Below are positions 24,710-34,072 of a stretch of 45,251 nucleotides of DNA, in pieces; the first letter of the stretch is position 1; every line of letters begins with the position of its first letter. The translations under genes and the position numbers were made by a program. Origin of the DNA: a virus (Duplodnaviria; Caudoviricetes); the IMG/VR virus record IMGVR_UViG_3300044723_005978, positions 1-45,251 of that record; one strand, 5' to 3'. Under the pieces are notes generated by a model. It did no database searches, was not told where the DNA came from, and saw only the letters and a list, made by a program, of their open reading frames with translations.

Positions 24710-26828
24710 TCTTAGGGCCCTCCAATCGTTTCATTAGCGCGTACATTTTCTTAGCACCCAATCTTCTTGATCCGTTGCCCATGTTTCTCACTGCCTTGGC
24801 AGTGAACACAAACTCTCCGTCACTCAGCATAGCAGGGATATCATCTGAAGTGCCTGTTCCCGGCCCTGATATATGACCGTTTTTACGCGGAAACTTGGTT
24901 TCTCCCTGCGGGGAGCTGCCTTTTGCGGCTTTTCGTGGAGAATAGAAGCTATAAGGCGTATACATAGCGGTTGGAGACATCGTTTGAGTGCCACCAAAAC
25001 TAAGCCCGTAACGACTAGGCTGCTCTGCCAAGAGTCGAGCACCGGGGCTGATTCCCGCTGCAAAGTCTTCCCATCCTGCTGGAACGCTGCCCTCTTCCTC
25101 TCCACCGAGAAGACTCATGACACCAACTCCAGCAGCGGCCAACGGGCCGTATTTGTAGAGCATGCCGCCTGAGTTCTGGGCTATAAAGTCAGTCACCACG
25201 TCAGGAACCGCATTAGAACGAATTGCTTCATTCAAAGCGGCACGGGAGCCTCCGTAAAACTTGTCTGCGGCCTGTGTCAGAGCTCTTTCCTGTCCCACTG
25301 CTGCTCTGGCTTTTGGACTTAGGAAATCCTTAACTGGGTCCGTAACTCGGCTCAGGAAGCTAGGCTTGGGCATTACTTCGCCTGCGGCCCCTCTACCAGC
25401 CTCATAGAACCTGAAATCTTTGGCTGTGGGCTTCAACAAGTCTGCCAGTGGCCCTTGAGTCGGGACGCCTGTCACACCTTCAGTGGGCAAAGTGGCTATG
25501 CCTTGAGCCGTTGGAGCAGCCGCTCTGGCTGCTGTGGCTCTGTCTACTGCGGCCTGTTGTGCAGCAGTTCTTTCGCCTGCTTGTCGAATAGTTGCACCGC
25601 CGGGAGCAGCAAAAGGATCGCCGGGCATGACCTGAGCCTGAGAAGGAGGCAATTGAGTCCGCGTAATGCCTGCTAAGTTGTTGGGCTGGGCAGGGAAAGA
25701 CTGTGCTCCAGCCTGCTGCATAGGAGTCCGTGTTATGCCAGCGGTATCCACCATTTCAGGAGCGTAGACCTTAGAAACACTCTCAGTGCCTCCTACCACG
25801 TCGCCTCTGGCTGCTTCGGCTGCTGACTCTCCCACGTCGGGAAGTGCTGAATCGCCTGCGCCAGTAAAGAAGTCACGTGCTTTTTCTACCTGACCGCTAA
25901 TTGTAGTTGCGCCCTGATAGCTTCCCGCCTGAAAGGCTTCCGCACCGCCTGCTACGCCACCGATTGCGCCTGCGGTCAGACCACCGATAGCACCCGTCTT
26001 GAGAGCATCTTTCAGATTACCACCTGCTGCCAAGGTTGAACCTGCACCGCCCACGAAGCCTGAGACTGCTGCCACGCCTACTGAGGACGTAACCCCCAGC
26101 AAAGATGCGGCTGCTGGCCCCAAAAAGAAGCCCAGAGCGATAGAGGTAACAATCCGACCAACGGTAGAACTGGCAAACTTCTTAACTGCCTTGCCAATCT
26201 TCTTGAAGACTTTTCCTATGCCTTTAAACAGCTTTTTGAAGAACTCAGGCAGTCCGGTTACAGGATTGATTGTGCCGCTACCACCCATCCGGCGTAAAAC
26301 CATAGCCTCACGTGGTGAAATATGGGCCAGCATCGTATCGCCATAACGACCCTGTTGAGCCATGGCCGCTGCAATAGGCTTAAGTTCAGCGATTCCGCCA
26401 CGGGCAAAATTCTGTGGTTCAGGCTGTGGAGCAGGAGAAGAAGCTCGTATCTCATCAACTGCCATGTTCAGGGCAGCAAAGAACTCTGGATCAAACACAG
26501 GAGGAAGCAGGTCCTCAGGAATGTCCTGCGCCAGATACTTCTCTCTGATTTGCGGATAATTCTGTGGGGACGCTAGGATTTCATCGACCATCTGATTAAG
26601 CGCGTCCATAGCTTCTGGGGGAAGCTCAAGATCACGAAGTTCTGCCTTGAACTCAGCAACGGCCTGAGGATCAGCCTCTGAAGCTGAATCAAGAAGGTCC
26701 TTGCTAAATTCTTGGGGCGAGACTTGCTGGCGGAGCTGCTCGAAAGCCGCCAGATTTTCTGGGGTCAGTTGATCGACTGGATTTTGTTCGGGGAGTCCCA
26801 TCGCTGCTCCCGACATCGCTTCTGCCAT
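24702..26828 (-). CDS. Internal virion protein with membrane segments and tape-measure-like motifs
   Basis: GRYGDTMLAHI..GTINPVTGLPEF, amphipathic basic helix, Gly-rich TM-like region, C-terminal GPGTGTSDDIPAMLSDGEFV. Confidence 0.7.
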   Translation of the reverse strand: MAEAMSGAAMGLPEQNPVDQLTPENLAAFEQLRQQVSPQEFSKDLLDSASEADPQAVAEFKAELRDLELPPEAMDALNQMVDEILASPQNYPQIREKYLAQDIPEDLLPPVFDPEFFAALNMAVDEIRASSPAPQPEPQNFARGGIAELKPIAAAMAQQGRYGDTMLAHISPREAMVLRRMGGSGTINPVTGLPEFFKKLFKGIGKVFKKIGKAVKKFASSTVGRIVTSIALGFFLGPAAASLLGVTSSVGVAAVSGFVGGAGSTLAAGGNLKDALKTGAIGGLTAGAIGGVAGGAEAFQAGSYQGATTISGQVEKARDFFTGAGDSALPDVGESAAEAARGDVVGGTESVSKVYAPEMVDTAGITRTPMQQAGAQSFPAQPNNLAGITRTQLPPSQAQVMPGDPFAAPGGATIRQAGERTAAQQAAVDRATAARAAAPTAQGIATLPTEGVTGVPTQGPLADLLKPTAKDFRFYEAGRGAAGEVMPKPSFLSRVTDPVKDFLSPKARAAVGQERALTQAADKFYGGSRAALNEAIRSNAVPDVVTDFIAQNSGGMLYKYGPLAAAGVGVMSLLGGEEEGSVPAGWEDFAAGISPGARLLAEQPSRYGLSFGGTQTMSPTAMYTPYSFYSPRKAAKGSSPQGETKFPRKNGHISGPGTGTSDDIPAMLSDGEFVFTAKAVRNMGNGSRRLGAKKMYALMKRLEGPKNG

Positions 26829-26850
26829 GTGTTTTGCACCTGTCAATAGT

Positions 26851-26927
26851 GAAAAAGACCCACAAGAGGTCGCGCATCGGGAGATGCGAAGTTGTTACAT
26901 TATCAATGGTTTATCAATTCCTGTCCA
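26851..26927 (-). promoter_or_regulatory. Internal promoter with a two-hairpin leader
   Basis: TGGACA, 17 bp, GATAAT; CGCAUC-UCCC-GAUGCG then GACCU-CUUGU-GGGUC-UUUUU. Confidence 0.55.
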
Positions 26928-27246
26928 CCTCAAGGTATGACAGGTAAAAATGCACCGTGCCCACGGTTGACGTGACTTTCACGATGTCTCCTTCCTCAAC
27001 AACACAAGGCACCCCATTAAATACATCAATCGTCGTATTTGAGGCTAAAGCCTTGTTTTTTAACAAATAGTGCGTGGTTCCACTGCCCGAACCATACTGA
27101 GTTACAGTAATCGAGGCATTGGAGGTATTGGCATTCGTTACACGCAAGGACCGCATAATTGCAGTTGTCGCATCAGGCACGGTGTAAATTGTTGTCTCAG
27201 TCGCCGCACTGGGGATCGAAACATCGTGTAAATATCGATTAGCCAT
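26914..27246 (-). CDS. Small beta-rich virion protein
   Basis: TTIYTVP..TTAI...TN and SYLE motifs typical of tail-associated proteins. Confidence 0.7.
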   Translation of the reverse strand: MANRYLHDVSIPSAATETTIYTVPDATTAIMRSLRVTNANTSNASITVTQYGSGSGTTHYLLKNKALASNTTIDVFNGVPCVVEEGDIVKVTSTVGTVHFYLSYLEVDRN

Positions 27247-27253
27247 GCTTCAC

Positions 27254-28639
27254 CTATGTCAAATCATAGACTTCAAACGAGCCTATGATGTCGTTATTGC
27301 CTGCAAATACACGAGCAGCCAGCGTCAGTGTATCGCTTGTGCCCGCAATAGTCCTGCCTAGCTGCAATGCAAAATTGTAGTCAAAAGTAGTCCCTATGCC
27401 CGAGGCGCTTTGATTTGTGCCGCTTATGTATTCAACGTGAACGATAGTGCCTCCAGTAAGAGCGGAGGCAGTAACATCATAGTCAAAATTGGCAAAATCT
27501 GTTGTATTGTAGGACGCCCCAGTTAACGTGGCGTTTTTGATAATCGCAATCTCATAGTTGTCTGGATTGGTTCCACTGGGCAGCACAGGAATGCCCGCAG
27601 GCAGGATCACCGAATCTAGCCTGTCAGAGGCCAGTCTTATGGTTACCAGCGGCTCAAAACTGGTTCCGATAGCAGTATCTGTCGTCATTCTGGCCACTTT
27701 TTTTATGGCCTTTTCCTGATATCCGCCCTCGGAGATTACCGTCGAGCATATCTGCTTAAGCGTAGAGCCAGAAGCCACGGTGCCTGTAGCGGTTATCTCA
27801 TAACGAATGGGCAGGATAGCCGTTGTCATGTATACCGCATCATTAACATTCGCATTGTGGAAGGTATGAGCCACAATTAGCTGACCATCAATGACGAAGC
27901 CACAACGAACCGAACCGACGCCTAACCACTCAAAGTCTTGCCACAGAATCTGGGATTTAGTCAGATCAAGCGTAATCCCGCTGGCTCCGTTACCATCAAA
28001 GGTGTCTCCGTTCCAACTGGACTGAGCGACTCGGGTATTGACCACAGAGCCCGTGACATCGCTCCGCATGACCATATAAATGGTGTCATCATCCTGCTCT
28101 AGGTAAACACCGTTTTCAGCCCCAAAATAGCCTACTCGCTGGCGTAGGTTGGTTTTAGCCTCGTCAAACACAAACGTATTCATTACCAGCAGGCTTTTTC
28201 CCGGCTGATACGGAAATACCCTAAGGCTTTCCCGAATGACCTCATCACCAGAGGTTGTCGTGATTGTTAAAGAGGTAGTGCTGGCATCCGCGCTATAGCT
28301 GGTAGAACCACTGCCTGATGTTGAAGTGTCAAAATTACCAGAGTCCTGATAACGGCTTTGGCTATCAAAAAGCGTAACAGGCTGACTAGTCCGCATGCGT
28401 CCGAACGCATCACCTGCGGGTCCAGACGGATATGTTGATATTGGGCCAGTCAAAGTTTCATCTCCTCTTGATTCAAACCACGTGTTAGCAATGACTAGGT
28501 TTTCCGTAGTTATCGGCGTATACGTGCTATTTAGCTGAAGGATTATCTGCTCAAGAGAACGCACCAGTTGGTTAAATTGCTCTGGGCTATACTCGTTTGC
28601 AACTGCATTAGGTAAACGAACATTTTGTATTTTGCTCAT
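27254..28639 (-). CDS. Virion structural protein (helical N-terminal anchor plus beta domain)
   Basis: DAFGRMRTSQPVTLFDS, YQPGKS and EWLGVGSVRCGF motifs. Confidence 0.7.
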   Translation of the reverse strand: MSKIQNVRLPNAVANEYSPEQFNQLVRSLEQIILQLNSTYTPITTENLVIANTWFESRGDETLTGPISTYPSGPAGDAFGRMRTSQPVTLFDSQSRYQDSGNFDTSTSGSGSTSYSADASTTSLTITTTSGDEVIRESLRVFPYQPGKSLLVMNTFVFDEAKTNLRQRVGYFGAENGVYLEQDDDTIYMVMRSDVTGSVVNTRVAQSSWNGDTFDGNGASGITLDLTKSQILWQDFEWLGVGSVRCGFVIDGQLIVAHTFHNANVNDAVYMTTAILPIRYEITATGTVASGSTLKQICSTVISEGGYQEKAIKKVARMTTDTAIGTSFEPLVTIRLASDRLDSVILPAGIPVLPSGTNPDNYEIAIIKNATLTGASYNTTDFANFDYDVTASALTGGTIVHVEYISGTNQSASGIGTTFDYNFALQLGRTIAGTSDTLTLAARVFAGNNDIIGSFEVYDLT

Positions 28640-30507
28640 CTGAGACCATCCGGTTGCAGGTCAACGCGCAGAGTACCGTATCGCCACCAGCTATTTATGT
28701 CGCTACTGGTCATTTTAAGCGATATCTGTCTACCACGCGCCCGAGTGTCCACCTTTTGCGTAGTGGGACTGACCGTATACGGGTCCAAGGAGCTCGGCGT
28801 TGCATCTGCCTGAGGATATGGCCTCAAGAACAAATTAACTGTTACGTCTCCCTGCTGATCCTTGAAGTCAGGTATGAACCGACGCATCAGGACCATATTG
28901 TCGCCCTCACCGATGTCAAAGTACCCAGACTCAATAAAAGCGGAGATAGCCGTCCCATCTGCTTGGTTATAGCCGTCTTCTTGATTATAAACCAAGGTCC
29001 TTCCAGCGGTGAGACCATAGATAGTGCTGAGGGTGCTTGCTGTGCTGGTCGGAAAGTATTCCGCCGCAATAGGCTTTTCAAAGACCCCCACATCCTGCCA
29101 CGTAGTTCTAGCGAGAGTGCCTATAGACCACACGTTTTCAAGATAATTAAACGTCACGCATCGATCAATATAGTCGCTAGTAAGACTGCAATAGAACCAA
29201 GTAATTTCGTTGAAATCAGTGTTCAAAGCAGCAAATACCTTGGTCTTTTGGACAAGATTTATGTCACTAAAAACGTAATCCTGAACAGTAGAAGGGAGCT
29301 TTTTAACGGTGCCGTCAAAGACATAAAAAGCCTCTTTACCCATCCAAAAGGCCAAACCATTCACATCCACCGCAGCATGCGGGCCCTGACAGCCACAGTT
29401 AGCTGCCAGTTGTTGGAAACCGAAGGTATACGGAGGACCGATATACTGCATGCCATGCAGTGACGTATCGGTGAGAATCAGTATCTGGCCTCTGGATCGA
29501 ATGGCGCTAACAATCTCAGTGCCGTCAGATAGCCTCTGCCCGCCTGCGGTATTTGTCGCAGTCTCGGTAAAGGTGCCTATGTTTTCCTGATCAGAAAACC
29601 GCACAAACATTGGGTCCTGAGTGGTGGGGTCTCCAACAGTTGTTTCCGTCCCAAAACAAACCAAATGCCTATCTGGGCTTGATACCAGAGCAAAAGTGCT
29701 TGTTGTGGGCGCCCCTGAAATAACGGAAGCTCTTACGCCTGTCCCATCGGTAGACGGGCTCCATTGATACACGCTTCCGTCCACCAGTTGCATAATTAGG
29801 TTTTCACCAAAATTATCAAATTGCCAAGAACGAGAAGAAAGAGATTCAACCTCAGAGGCGGTTCTAGCAGTGCCCCACGTACTTGCACCCCATACTCCTG
29901 TACCCCATCCAAAATCAAAAAACGTAGTATCTGAGCCCACGTTTATTTGATAAGCACCTACAACAGAGGCCCCTCCATTACCTGTATCGCTGCCGTCAGC
30001 GTTTACAGGAGCGGTAATTTTATATGTAGCAGAATCGACTACTTCAGTAATCTGATATTCAGAGTTGAGAATATCCGCTGTGATTTGGCCGCCAAGTGAG
30101 ACAGCCCCAGAAAAGGTAACAAAATCGCCTTCTAATGCACCATGAGCGGTGTCGGTTACTGTAAGTATGGGGGAGCCTGAAGAGGCTGAGAAAGTAACGT
30201 CCCCTGCGGCAGTGGTAGCTCGTATTGGCGTGATATCAAACCATGCTCCACCCGTGCTTACATAAACTTTTCGATCTGTGCCAAGAGCTAAAAAAGGAGT
30301 TCCGGCCAAGGAGGCCCATGAAAACAGGTGACTTGCATAGCCAACTAGGTAGTTGGCACTTGTGTTGAAATAGGTCCAGCCGCCTATTTTTTCAGGCAGA
30401 GTGTAACGGAAACGAATATTGTCTCCGTTGGTCCATCCTCCTTCTGCGCCGTATTCTGTGTTCTGCTTATCAATTCCCGGCTTAAGCGTTAGCTTGAAGA
30501 AACTCAT
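28636..30507 (-). CDS. Tail hub/nozzle protein (P22 gp10-like packaged DNA stabilization protein)
   Basis: 623 aa, beta-propeller-like; RFSDQE, F.EITWFY and C-terminal PDGLR; position in the operon. Confidence 0.7.
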   Translation of the reverse strand: MSFFKLTLKPGIDKQNTEYGAEGGWTNGDNIRFRYTLPEKIGGWTYFNTSANYLVGYASHLFSWASLAGTPFLALGTDRKVYVSTGGAWFDITPIRATTAAGDVTFSASSGSPILTVTDTAHGALEGDFVTFSGAVSLGGQITADILNSEYQITEVVDSATYKITAPVNADGSDTGNGGASVVGAYQINVGSDTTFFDFGWGTGVWGASTWGTARTASEVESLSSRSWQFDNFGENLIMQLVDGSVYQWSPSTDGTGVRASVISGAPTTSTFALVSSPDRHLVCFGTETTVGDPTTQDPMFVRFSDQENIGTFTETATNTAGGQRLSDGTEIVSAIRSRGQILILTDTSLHGMQYIGPPYTFGFQQLAANCGCQGPHAAVDVNGLAFWMGKEAFYVFDGTVKKLPSTVQDYVFSDINLVQKTKVFAALNTDFNEITWFYCSLTSDYIDRCVTFNYLENVWSIGTLARTTWQDVGVFEKPIAAEYFPTSTASTLSTIYGLTAGRTLVYNQEDGYNQADGTAISAFIESGYFDIGEGDNMVLMRRFIPDFKDQQGDVTVNLFLRPYPQADATPSSLDPYTVSPTTQKVDTRARGRQISLKMTSSDINSWWRYGTLRVDLQPDGLR

Positions 30508-30943
30508 TGGGGTACTCTCCGCTTCGTATCATGTTGCACAAACGGTCAGCCCGTTGTCCCACTTGTTTACTCCACCTAGAATCCATAAATTCGACATACG
30601 CGACCTCATAATTCTCATCTTCCATTGCAGCTAGGGCTTTTACAAAGCCCTTCAAACGAGGCATTCCTAGGTTAAAGCACATGTCTATCATAGCATCACG
30701 ACGAGCTTCATTGAGCGAAGAAAACCAACTAAATTCTGTTCCCAGCTCTTTCACAACCCTGTTTATGTCATTTGATAGCAGATAATCTACCTCATCATCT
30801 GATAAACCAAGGCCTATTTCTGGGTCTACGCAGCGGCCTATTCCTACAGTCCAATAACCCTCTGGGTCCTTATATATCCTGTGTCTGCCGTTAGTTTTGA
30901 TTTCCCCCTCGTGGAGACGGAGCATCCTATTTATTTTTTCCAT
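30482..30943 (-). CDS. Endolysin, T4-lysozyme-like (GH24)
   Basis: HEG...YKDPEGYWTVGIG, MCFNLG, DSRWSKQVGQRA. Confidence 0.9.
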   Translation of the reverse strand: MEKINRMLRLHEGEIKTNGRHRIYKDPEGYWTVGIGRCVDPEIGLGLSDDEVDYLLSNDINRVVKELGTEFSWFSSLNEARRDAMIDMCFNLGMPRLKGFVKALAAMEDENYEVAYVEFMDSRWSKQVGQRADRLCNMIRSGEYPNEFLQANA

Positions 30944-31400
30944 TACTACCACCAAAGAAGAAGGCGCTTATGCCACTCACGAGCCCTCCAAGGTATCCTA
31001 ATACGAGGTTCACCACCCCGTCATCATTGGCGTCAGGCGGCTGTATGGTCACCATGAAGATATAAGCAAGAAAGCCCAGCAGGCTAATTACGGCAAATAT
31101 CTTCGGTGTCGGGTCATCCCCAAACACGCGCCTAGCGTCCTTTCGGTCTTCGACCTCAGTCTTAAACGACTCAAGGTCAATCTCAAGCTCTCGAATCCGA
31201 TCCTTGAAGTCCGTATCTGCTTGCTTTACGAGTACCGCCTTCTCTGGCTGCGTCTCCAGTATCTTCTCGATCTGCTCAACCCCAGCATCTGGGACGCCGA
31301 TCTTACTGGCAACCATCTTGATTGCCATACCGGCCATAGGCCCACCAGCAGCAGAAGCTACCGTGGGAGCGAGAGATTTGAGCAGAGAGCCTAGTTTCAT
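30927..31400 (-). CDS. Putative holin (two C-terminal TM segments)
   Basis: LAPTVA..GGP.AG N-terminus, DRKDAR, two hydrophobic helices ending FFFGGS; next to the endolysin. Confidence 0.65.
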   Translation of the reverse strand: MKLGSLLKSLAPTVASAAGGPMAGMAIKMVASKIGVPDAGVEQIEKILETQPEKAVLVKQADTDFKDRIRELEIDLESFKTEVEDRKDARRVFGDDPTPKIFAVISLLGFLAYIFMVTIQPPDANDDGVVNLVLGYLGGLVSGISAFFFGGSNGKNK

Positions 31401-31436
31401 TTGAATAGCAGCACCAGTTGGATGATTAACCTAAGA

Positions 31437-31676
31437 TCAGCTATCGCTTTTGTCTACGCCATCGGCGTTTTCCTCCGCGACAATATCGTCTATTGTGTCA
31501 CAGACATCAGGCACTACCACACCAGCCGTAGCAGACAAGGCAGACCGGCCAACAGCGCGAATGCCTTTATAGAAGTCATTGCAGTACAGTTCTTTGTTGT
31601 CGATTACACCTTGAACAGATGTGCAGCTAGACAACGTGAAAACAGCTAAAAAACTAATCTTTAATAAACATTTCAT
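31437..31676 (-). CDS. Lipoprotein (o-spanin-like or lipase partner)
   Basis: Signal peptide with LSSC lipobox; two further Cys. Confidence 0.65.
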   Translation of the reverse strand: MKCLLKISFLAVFTLSSCTSVQGVIDNKELYCNDFYKGIRAVGRSALSATAGVVVPDVCDTIDDIVAEENADGVDKSDS

Positions 31677-32427
31677 TCGCTATATCCTCCAGTTCTTTGC
31701 GAGCTAGTTCTTTGTCCCTAGCAATTTGCACCACTTTCTTGGACTGTGCTTCTTGCTCATCCAGAAACTCTTTTAGCCTATCCTTGTAGCCGTCCATCAT
31801 GTGGTCAGCTATTCGGTCTTTCAGATCCCCCCTGTCAGCAACTCTGGTGTCTTTGCTGGGATTTATGTAGTCAGGGCCGGTATTACTGAAGTACAACATA
31901 GTCTGCGAGCTTGAAGGGCCGTAGCAAAAGCGTGGGATTCTAGCCACCATATCGCTGCCCTGCACACAGGATATCTGAGTATCGAGCTTCATTGGGCGCT
32001 TGAAGCCCTTGAAGAACACGTTCGGCTTACCGAAGGTAATTAAATTTATATTGTCGTGTTTACCGTTCAACATAGAGGCAGACAGCTCTGCCAACGCACC
32101 ACCGAGGCTATGACCGCAGATTAGGGTGCGTTTTTTGGGGTCTATGTGTTTTTCAACTTCTTTCCAGACTGACCTGTGGGCCATCGCAAATCCACCGTGG
32201 CACAGCCTACCGGCATAAGGCACAGGCACAACCAAAGCATCGGTTAGCCAATCCCGCCCCTGCTGTGTGCCTCTGAAAGCTATGATGTCTATGGACTTTC
32301 GTTTTGCTACATATACAGTAGTCGATGTCCATTTACTTTCAATTTTGATGGCGTCTTTATTCTTTTCTTTGTAGGCATTCATTGCCCAACTTACAGCCAT
32401 ATTTAACAAAACGGGGTCGAGTTTCAT
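31654..32427 (-). CDS. Class 3 lipase (alpha/beta hydrolase)
   Basis: IAFRGT, HGGF, GHSLGGALA, TFGKP, DMVARIP, DH. Confidence 0.9.
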   Translation of the reverse strand: MKLDPVLLNMAVSWAMNAYKEKNKDAIKIESKWTSTTVYVAKRKSIDIIAFRGTQQGRDWLTDALVVPVPYAGRLCHGGFAMAHRSVWKEVEKHIDPKKRTLICGHSLGGALAELSASMLNGKHDNINLITFGKPNVFFKGFKRPMKLDTQISCVQGSDMVARIPRFCYGPSSSQTMLYFSNTGPDYINPSKDTRVADRGDLKDRIADHMMDGYKDRLKEFLDEQEAQSKKVVQIARDKELARKELEDIANEMFIKD

Positions 32428-32645
32428 TTGTCAGCCTTGCCTTCTAAACGCTTAAATATCGCGCCAAGCATTTCTTTGATTTCGCGGATGTCTTCACGGT
32501 AATCGTCTTTAGCCACGTATTTTTCCGGTATCTGCTTAAGATCATCGTTAATCTTATCTAACGTGCCAAACAGGCGATTGACCAGCACTCCACCAAGAAA
32601 TCCGGTCACCGCTATAATTATGTTAAACAACCACTGATATTCCAT
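32424..32645 (-). CDS. Single-TM coiled-coil protein (holin/antiholin-like)
   Basis: N-terminal TM, then PEKYVAKDDY...KADK. Confidence 0.6.
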   Translation of the reverse strand: MEYQWLFNIIIAVTGFLGGVLVNRLFGTLDKINDDLKQIPEKYVAKDDYREDIREIKEMLGAIFKRLEGKADK

Positions 32646-32655
32646 TACTCTATAC

Positions 32656-33021
32656 CTATATCTCTCCGTTCAGCGGAATATCAAAATCCAATCGCTGCTC
32701 AAGCAGTTTTGTACGCACCTGTATATCGTCTATTCTTTCCAAGTTCCCCTCCAACCGCTCTATCTGGTTCTGGAGAATCTCAATAAACAAGTCTTGTCTG
32801 GCATCTGCTGGTAGAGCGCCAAGCTCTCCCCTTGGCCATTTGACTCTAAACTCATTGTTCTGCTCAATAGCCATTTCTGAAATTTCAAAATCGTGTTCCA
32901 GCGCGTTTATTCGTTCAATGAGACTAAAATATCCAGCGGTTATAACAGACATAAACGCCAACAACGCCAAAATATTCTTCAGCGGAATGGCAAGTTCTGT
33001 GTCTTCGTTGACTTTTGCCAT
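32656..33021 (-). CDS. Single-TM coiled-coil protein
   Basis: TM near the N-terminus; FRVKWPRGELGALPAD motif. Confidence 0.65.
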   Translation of the reverse strand: MAKVNEDTELAIPLKNILALLAFMSVITAGYFSLIERINALEHDFEISEMAIEQNNEFRVKWPRGELGALPADARQDLFIEILQNQIERLEGNLERIDDIQVRTKLLEQRLDFDIPLNGEI

Positions 33022-33027
33022 ATGCCA

Positions 33028-33498
33028 TTACTCCACCGCTACGCTAGTAATCACCATACCTACAGCAAAAAGAACCGTAAAAACACCTACTATTACCACT
33101 ATATCAACCATTGCCGCTCTGGACTGCGCCTTAGCCCTAGCATCAGCTATACGCATATTCCGTATTTTAATCCGCTCTCTGAGCATGTCATGCCAGAGAT
33201 TTGCGTTACCCGTCCAGTAGAACAGGTCTTTCAGTTCTTTCTCTAGCTGCTCGGCTTTTTGCTTTTGAAGCGTTATCTCTAATGCCTGACTTTCAACCGA
33301 TTTACCACCGAACAGTTTTTCTATTTTGCTGGGGTTAGTAGCTTTCTGTTCTAAAACGCTGACCTCTTCTCGGGCATCCCAGAACTTGCCTAAAGCTCTA
33401 GTCATATCGCTAAGTTCTCGGCCTTCATTGACCGCCGTCTTCATGAAGCGGTATGCAGAGGCGCATATCTGTACTGCTGCTACGATCTCTGCGGCCAT
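33028..33498 (-). CDS. Helical protein with a C-terminal TM
   Basis: 156 aa; coupled stops and starts. Confidence 0.65.
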   Translation of the reverse strand: MAAEIVAAVQICASAYRFMKTAVNEGRELSDMTRALGKFWDAREEVSVLEQKATNPSKIEKLFGGKSVESQALEITLQKQKAEQLEKELKDLFYWTGNANLWHDMLRERIKIRNMRIADARAKAQSRAAMVDIVVIVGVFTVLFAVGMVITSVAVE

Positions 33499-33713
33499 TA
33501 GTAGATTTTCACCCCGTCTTGAGTCGGGTCTACCAGTATTGGCTTGCAGTACGCTGTGATCCCTATAGAGGTACTGGGTGAACCTCTACGTCTTAGTTTG
33601 GCGGCAAACTCGTTGCAGGTGTCGATACTACGGAAGCACATAGCCTCACGACAGTCATCGTTAGCTACCTCGACGCCACCTATGGTCATTATCAGTACAA
33701 AGACGTGAATCAC
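33498..33713 (-). CDS. Small Cys-containing protein
   Basis: F.SIDTC...TAYCKP motif. Confidence 0.6.
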   Translation of the reverse strand: MIHVFVLIMTIGGVEVANDDCREAMCFRSIDTCNEFAAKLRRRGSPSTSIGITAYCKPILVDPTQDGVKIY

Positions 33714-33724
33714 AGCGCATGCTC

Positions 33725-34072
33725 TTAACCGTTTAGGGCCTCCATCCTAGCCCAAATTTCGTTTGCAGTTGCAGTTGGATCAAACGGTATCCACACCCCA
33801 GAATTTGGTACTGTTTCAATAGGAGCCTCTTCCCATTCGCCCCAATCTTCTCCATTAGTTTGTAAGTAATTCTGCAAATCAACTTTTGTAGCAAAAACAG
33901 AAAAATCACCGCTGGCTCCGTCTTTGGAGATACCTACATAATAAAAATCTTGTGGTGAAGGGTCACCTGAAGGAACGGCACAGGTTCCTATAACCTGATT
34001 CTCTCCCGTGTATAAAAACTCAGGCTGCGCCCCATCTGCGTTCAAAGTGTACTTTATTACTTGATGCGGCAT
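33725..34072 (-). CDS. Hypothetical protein of the fibre module
   Basis: 115 aa; GAGG SD. Confidence 0.65.
   Translation of the reverse strand: MPHQVIKYTLNADGAQPEFLYTGENQVIGTCAVPSGDPSPQDFYYVGISKDGASGDFSVFATKVDLQNYLQTNGEDWGEWEEAPIETVPNSGVWIPFDPTATANEIWARMEALNG

Noticed and set aside
28654-29463. 269-aa plus-strand ORF, and many other antisense ORFs in the track
   Set aside because: Shadow frames opposite well-supported genes; no SD and no recognisable motifs
31397-31462. GGAGG-ATG-GCG-TAG followed by an open hydrophobic frame, suggesting amber recoding
   Set aside because: TAG clearly ends other genes (4058, 39500) with the next gene following closely; no suppressor tRNA seen; at most a decayed mini-ORF
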